Part shown: positions 61,468 to 64,000 of the stretch, piece after piece
Layout: each line of letters begins with the position of its first letter
Numbering within the stretch: position 1 is the first letter of the stretch
Source of the DNA: Penicillus capitatus
Taxonomy: Eukaryota; Plantae; Chlorophyta
Length of the DNA: 64,000 bases
Reading direction: 5' to 3'
NCBI GenBank assembly: GCA_965649825.1
Contig: OZ287716.1
Span: 81,778 to 145,777 of the forward strand
Notes under the pieces: generated by a model
Database searches by the model: none
Told to the model about the DNA's origin: nothing
What the model saw: only the letters and a program-made list of their open reading frames with translations
Translations under genes and position numbers: made by a program

Positions 61468-63115
61468 ATGTCCTTCCTACGCGTCGTGCTTTCGCGTTCA
61501 GACCCATTGCTGCTCGTCGCAGCGTTGCCCACCGTCGCGTCGTTGCGATTCATCTCAGCGCCCCGGTCGGTGGAGAAACGACGACTTTTCGCTCTACCCG
61601 TCGAACGAGCGCTGTCCAACATCGCGGCATCGAAGACGCAGCTAGCACAAGATGACAAATCTTCACTGCCTTTGTTTGAAGAAGAGGACGAGCTCACGCC
61701 GAAGGCAGTGGTGCAGCAGTTGGACCGTTTCATTGTAGGCCAGCAGTCTGCCAAGAAGGCCGTTGCAGTGGCTTTACGCAATCGCTGGCGCCGCCACAAA
61801 ATTGCAGCCCCTCTCAGTGCCGAGATCATCCCAAAGAATATTCTGATGATCGGTCCAACTGGATGTGGCAAAACCGAAATCGCGAGACGTCTCGCCAAAC
61901 TGGCCAATGCGCCTTTCGTCAAAGTCGAAGCGACAAAATTCACCGAAGTCGGATTTCACGGCCGCGATGTGGATCAAATCATAAGAGACCTTGTGGACAA
62001 CTCCGTCCTCTTGATGAAACAGAATCTCCGTACCAAATTGAAAAGAGACATCGAAAAGGCAGTAGAAGACAAAATCCTGGAGAAGCTCGTTGGGCCTCAA
62101 GTGGACGGCGATCGAGAGAAAGAATCCTTTCGCAGATTGCTGCGAAATGGACACTGCGACGAGCAGGAAATTGAATTTGATCCCGGAACGACGTCCAACG
62201 GGAAGGTTTCCTTGGATGGGCCGTACGGAACAGAATCCTTCCCCGGGATTTTTGTGAAGGTGGACAAAGTTCTTAACATGAACAACCGCAACGAAAAGAG
62301 ATCCATGCGGGTATCGGAAGTGCGGCCGTTGCTGGAGGAACAGGAACTGGAACGCCTCCTTCCTCAAGAGACCATACAGAGAGAGGCCATCAAGTCTGTG
62401 GAGCAAGATGGAATCGTCTTCATTGACGAGATCGATAAGATCGTGGTCAATCCAGCACACCATCATGGGGCCGATGCCAGTTCCGAAGGTGGGCCTCGGA
62501 GGTAGGTTGAGCGAGGGAGATGATGTGACGTTTAGGTGTTCAGCGTGATCTACTGCCGATTATTGAGGGGTCTGTAGTGAGCACCAAGCTCGGGAATGTC
62601 AACACAGATCACATCCTCTTCATTTGCAGCGGTGCTTTTCATCACGTCAAGCCATCGGACATGTTGGCCGAGCTTCAAGGCAGGCTACCCATTCGTGTCG
62701 AGCTCAAAGGACTGACGAAGCATGACTTCTACCGGCAAGGATTCGTTCTTGAGAGTGCCTTAGACCAGGCGATCTCTGTAGGATTCTGACGGAGCCTGAA
62801 AACAGTATGATTCGTCAACAAGAGGCGCTGCTGCAGACGGAGGGCGTGAAATTGACGTTTACGGAAACAGCGATTCGAGAAGTGGCACGTGTGGCTGAGG
62901 AAGTAAACAGAACAGTCGACAACATAGGAGCCAGGCGTTTGTACACGGTTCTGGAGCGCATTCTGGAGGATATCAGTTTCAACGCTCCGGAGATCGCGAA
63001 GAAAGCGAGGGAGGAGGGGGAGAACCTCTATCGTGTGGTCATCGACAAAGAACAGGTGATCGAACGCGTAGGGGAACTCATGAAGAAAACGGACTTGACA
63101 AAGTACATTCTGTAA
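61468..63115 (+). CDS. HSLU: Organellar (probably mitochondrial) HslU/ClpY AAA+ ATPase
   Basis: [61 protein letters not shown] and a canonical end KYIL*. GC-AG intron at 62735-62781. Confidence 0.96.
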
Positions 63116-63389
63116 TCGTACAAGGAGGACTCGCTCGCATATTTGCGTTACTATTGTCTGACCACGACTGCGACGAGGAAGGACTGTGTCACAGTTGGCA
63201 CTAAGGTGCAGAGAAGGTTTTATAGGGGGAGATGGTTATTGCTCGAATATTAGAAGGGGCATATAAAACTAGTGATGTGAAGTGCTTCTTATTCTTCCCA
63301 TATTCTATTGCGCGCAACTTAAGCATTAAGTCTAAACGGCGACAGTGCCTTCTCTACCATTCGTCGCTACTTTTCCTACTGCTAAAGCT

Positions 63390-64000
63390 TCATCTAGTTT
63401 CCGATTTCAATCTTCTGCGTCGTTTCAGCAGATCTGAGTAGAACTGCATCAGGAGGCAGTCTGAAAGCAATCGAGGCCAGGAAGAAGAGAGCCACATGCT
63501 CCTCGGTATCCTACATGCCGAGTGGTTAGGAATAGAAGAATGGTATCTTCGCCGGGTAGGCAACTGAACACTTCTGCATTGAGTCGCGAACGATTCCGAA
63601 ACCGTGCAGTTTGGCTGACTGTTTCTCAGGCTGATGCCATTCTTTGGCTGTTGCTCTAGTATGCAGCAAGCAGTTGTTGCTTTTTTGGTCGACATGTGTG
63701 TCATCGGAGCGCGACTGCGGTCGACTCTTTCTGCCCTCTGGTGTCGAAAGCCAATGGAAAGGAAAAAGAATAGCACATTGTCAGTAGAGGCTTCTCGTCT
63801 TAGACCAAATGACGAACGAGTACATACAGTACTGAGACTCGCGCGTCTCAGAGGCGGTAGACTCTCTCGACTGAAACGATACGCGGATCTTGACGAGTTG
63901 CTAAACAGTTTGAATTCCTTGGCGTCGCTTATCTGAGAATCACTGCGGTCGTCTATCCTCCGAGACATGCGCATCGACCAGGAACAGGTTATCTTGCAAA
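63390..64000 (-). CDS. Possible 3' end of a gene entering from beyond the window
   Basis: A 194-aa open frame ends LLKRRRRLKSETR* convergent with HslU; unidentified. Confidence 0.25.
   Translation of the reverse strand, partial: CKITCSWSMRMSRRIDDRSDSQISDAKEFKLFSNSSRSAYRFSRESLPPLRRASLSTVCTRSSFGLRREASTDNVLFFFLSIGFRHQRAERVDRSRAPMTHMSTKKATTACCILEQQPKNGISLRNSQPNCTVSESFATQCRSVQLPTRRRYHSSIPNHSACRIPRSMWLSSSWPRLLSDCLLMQFYSDLLKRRRRLKSETR

Noticed and set aside
13067-62466. Many antisense or alternate-frame ORFs in the track (e.g. 15685..16218 +, 52334..52846 +, 61323..61943 -, 61774..62466 -)
   Set aside because: They are shadows of confidently identified genes on the opposite strand or frame, with no independent motifs.
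20642-63115. Host-wide TAA/TAG = Gln code, suggested by TAG/CAG alternation in the array
   Set aside because: HslU ends at its canonical C-terminus with TAA, and PEN-2 and ClpR2 also end in TAA. A 948-codon ORF has no in-frame TAR. The host code is standard.
63950-64000. DNLFLVDAHVSEDR on the minus strand resembles the MutL C-terminal DQHA motif
   Set aside because: Key residues differ, only about 17 codons are visible, and a stop follows. Not supportable without the next window.
1-64000. tRNA, rRNA, snRNA or telomeric repeats
   Set aside because: No cloverleaf or A/B-box pairs, rRNA signatures or tandem telomere motifs were seen. Isolated T-loop-like words fall inside coding exons. tRNAscan-SE/Infernal would be decisive.

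Overview
Eukaryotic nuclear DNA from a very compact green alga (chlorophyte-like). Support: plastid ClpR2, plant-type SIZ1, LOV/LOV protein, TGTAA signals after several stops, standard genetic code, and many ~45-65 bp introns. From ~11.7 kb to 64 kb the window is a tightly packed run of about 30 spliced host genes: housekeeping, organellar, RNA-processing, coiled-coil and a few unidentified. The first 11.7 kb is different. A >=1.29 kb copy of the 3' end of the neighbouring coiled-coil gene (1-1291, matching 11734-13034) is fused to a 5'-truncated bromodomain-ET gene. This is followed by a 4.1 kb modular satellite with higher-order repeats, a related ~49 bp satellite, a palindrome between T-tracts, and a spliced orphan Pro-rich gene containing a perfect 17-bp hairpin. 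Together these look like an undescribed, gene-fragment-carrying mobile or repeat island; no transposase, Rep-helicase or RT is visible. In the gene-dense part the notable items are a Sen1-type helicase followed by three LOTUS/OST-HTH-like domains, at least seven GC-AG introns, divergent gene pairs with 45-49 nt between ATGs, and same-strand pairs 33-83 nt apart (bicistronic candidates). All exon joins were inferred by eye, and family calls come from motif recognition without database searches.
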